Assembly (NCBI GenBank): GCA_035544015.1
Contig: DATKIP010000076.1
Span: 299 to 64,298, forward strand
Source: Candidatus Saccharimonadia bacterium
GTDB lineage: Bacteria > Patescibacteriota > Saccharimonadia > UBA4664
Direction: 5' to 3'
DNA length: 64,000 nucleotides
Position 1 is the first letter of the stretch. Each line of letters starts with the position of its first letter. The notes beneath the pieces were generated by a model. It made no database searches, had not been told where the DNA came from, and saw only the letters and a program-made list of their open reading frames with translations. Shown here piece after piece: positions 63,716 to 64,000 of this stretch. A program made the position numbers and the translations under genes.

Positions 63716-64000
63716 AATGCCGATGAATAAAAACCTTAACCTTCAGGCGCCCGCCGCGGGTGAGCGAGCGTTGGTCCTCGGCGGTGGCGGATCGGCCGGC
63801 AATGCGTGGCTGATCGGCGTGGTCGCCGGCCTGTTTGAGGCCGGGGTGGATGTGACCAACGCCGACGTGATCATCGGGACATCAGCCGGATCGACCGCCG
63901 CGGCCCAGATCACGAGCGCGACCCCGGCCGAACTGCTTGCCGCCACCCTCGCCGCGCCCCCACCGCGGACCGCTCCGGCCGGATCAGGCGGCGGACCTGC
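63716..64000 (+). CDS. patatin-like phospholipase (N-terminal fragment; continues past the window end)
   Basis: GGGGSAGNAW oxyanion glycine-rich loop and GTSAGS nucleophile motif. No stop before the window edge. Confidence 0.65.

Noticed and set aside
1-64000. CRISPR arrays
   Set aside because: No regularly spaced direct repeats of 24-40 bp with unique spacers were seen. The only tandem repeats are the 9-bp coding repeat in the GH26 gene and low-complexity Ala/Lys-coding tracts.

Overview
This window reads like a compact, gene-dense bacterial chromosome segment. From gene content it probably belongs to a Patescibacteria/CPR (Saccharimonadia-like) organism; that is an inference, not a database result. 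The content is a mosaic of housekeeping genes and accessory or likely acquired modules.

Housekeeping genes (product calls, no database check):
- ruvA and ruvB, split by about 2.4 kb of inserted ORFs
- tsaE and a short tsaB-like gene
- rny followed by a ymdB-like phosphoesterase
- hup, prs, murB, uppP
- trxA and trxB, divergent from nrdR plus a class II ribonucleotide reductase nrdJ with a cobO-type adenosyltransferase nearby

Accessory, low-complexity and likely acquired material:
- An IS4-like transposase fragment at the 5' edge
- Several very GC-rich ORFs (about 70% GC) and some AT-rich genes in a roughly 58-60% GC background
- Three NUDIX hydrolases
- Nine tRNAs, including tRNA-His with an encoded G-1

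Most prominent feature: a roughly 11 kb type IV pilus operon on the minus strand. Its order is pilB-pilC-[GH26-like glycoside hydrolase]-pilA-two minor pilins (one about 460 aa)-PilX-like 468 aa protein-pilM-pilN-pilO-small membrane protein. There is no secretin, PilT or prepilin peptidase in the window. The operon diverges from a surface-anchored protein with three lamin-tail (LTD) domains and a Lys/Ala-rich tract.

Best candidate for a novel system: a roughly 1.9 kb cassette bounded by imperfect ~60 bp direct repeats. It carries an AlbA_2/Schlafen-like ATPase with a wHTH domain, sits downstream of tRNA-His, and has a 12 bp copy of the tRNA-His 3' end at its far border. Next to it are a promoter-plus-terminator-defined sRNA candidate (about 170 nt) and a ribbon-helix-helix protein paired with a small glycine-zipper membrane protein.

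Other noteworthy items: a frameshifted MazF/PemK-like gene next to a tRNA, a frameshifted membrane protein gene, a DUF2975/HTH/DUF4153 membrane module, and an AbrB-like regulator upstream of a MacB-type ABC exporter. All domain calls come from motif recognition in the translated ORFs. No database search was possible.
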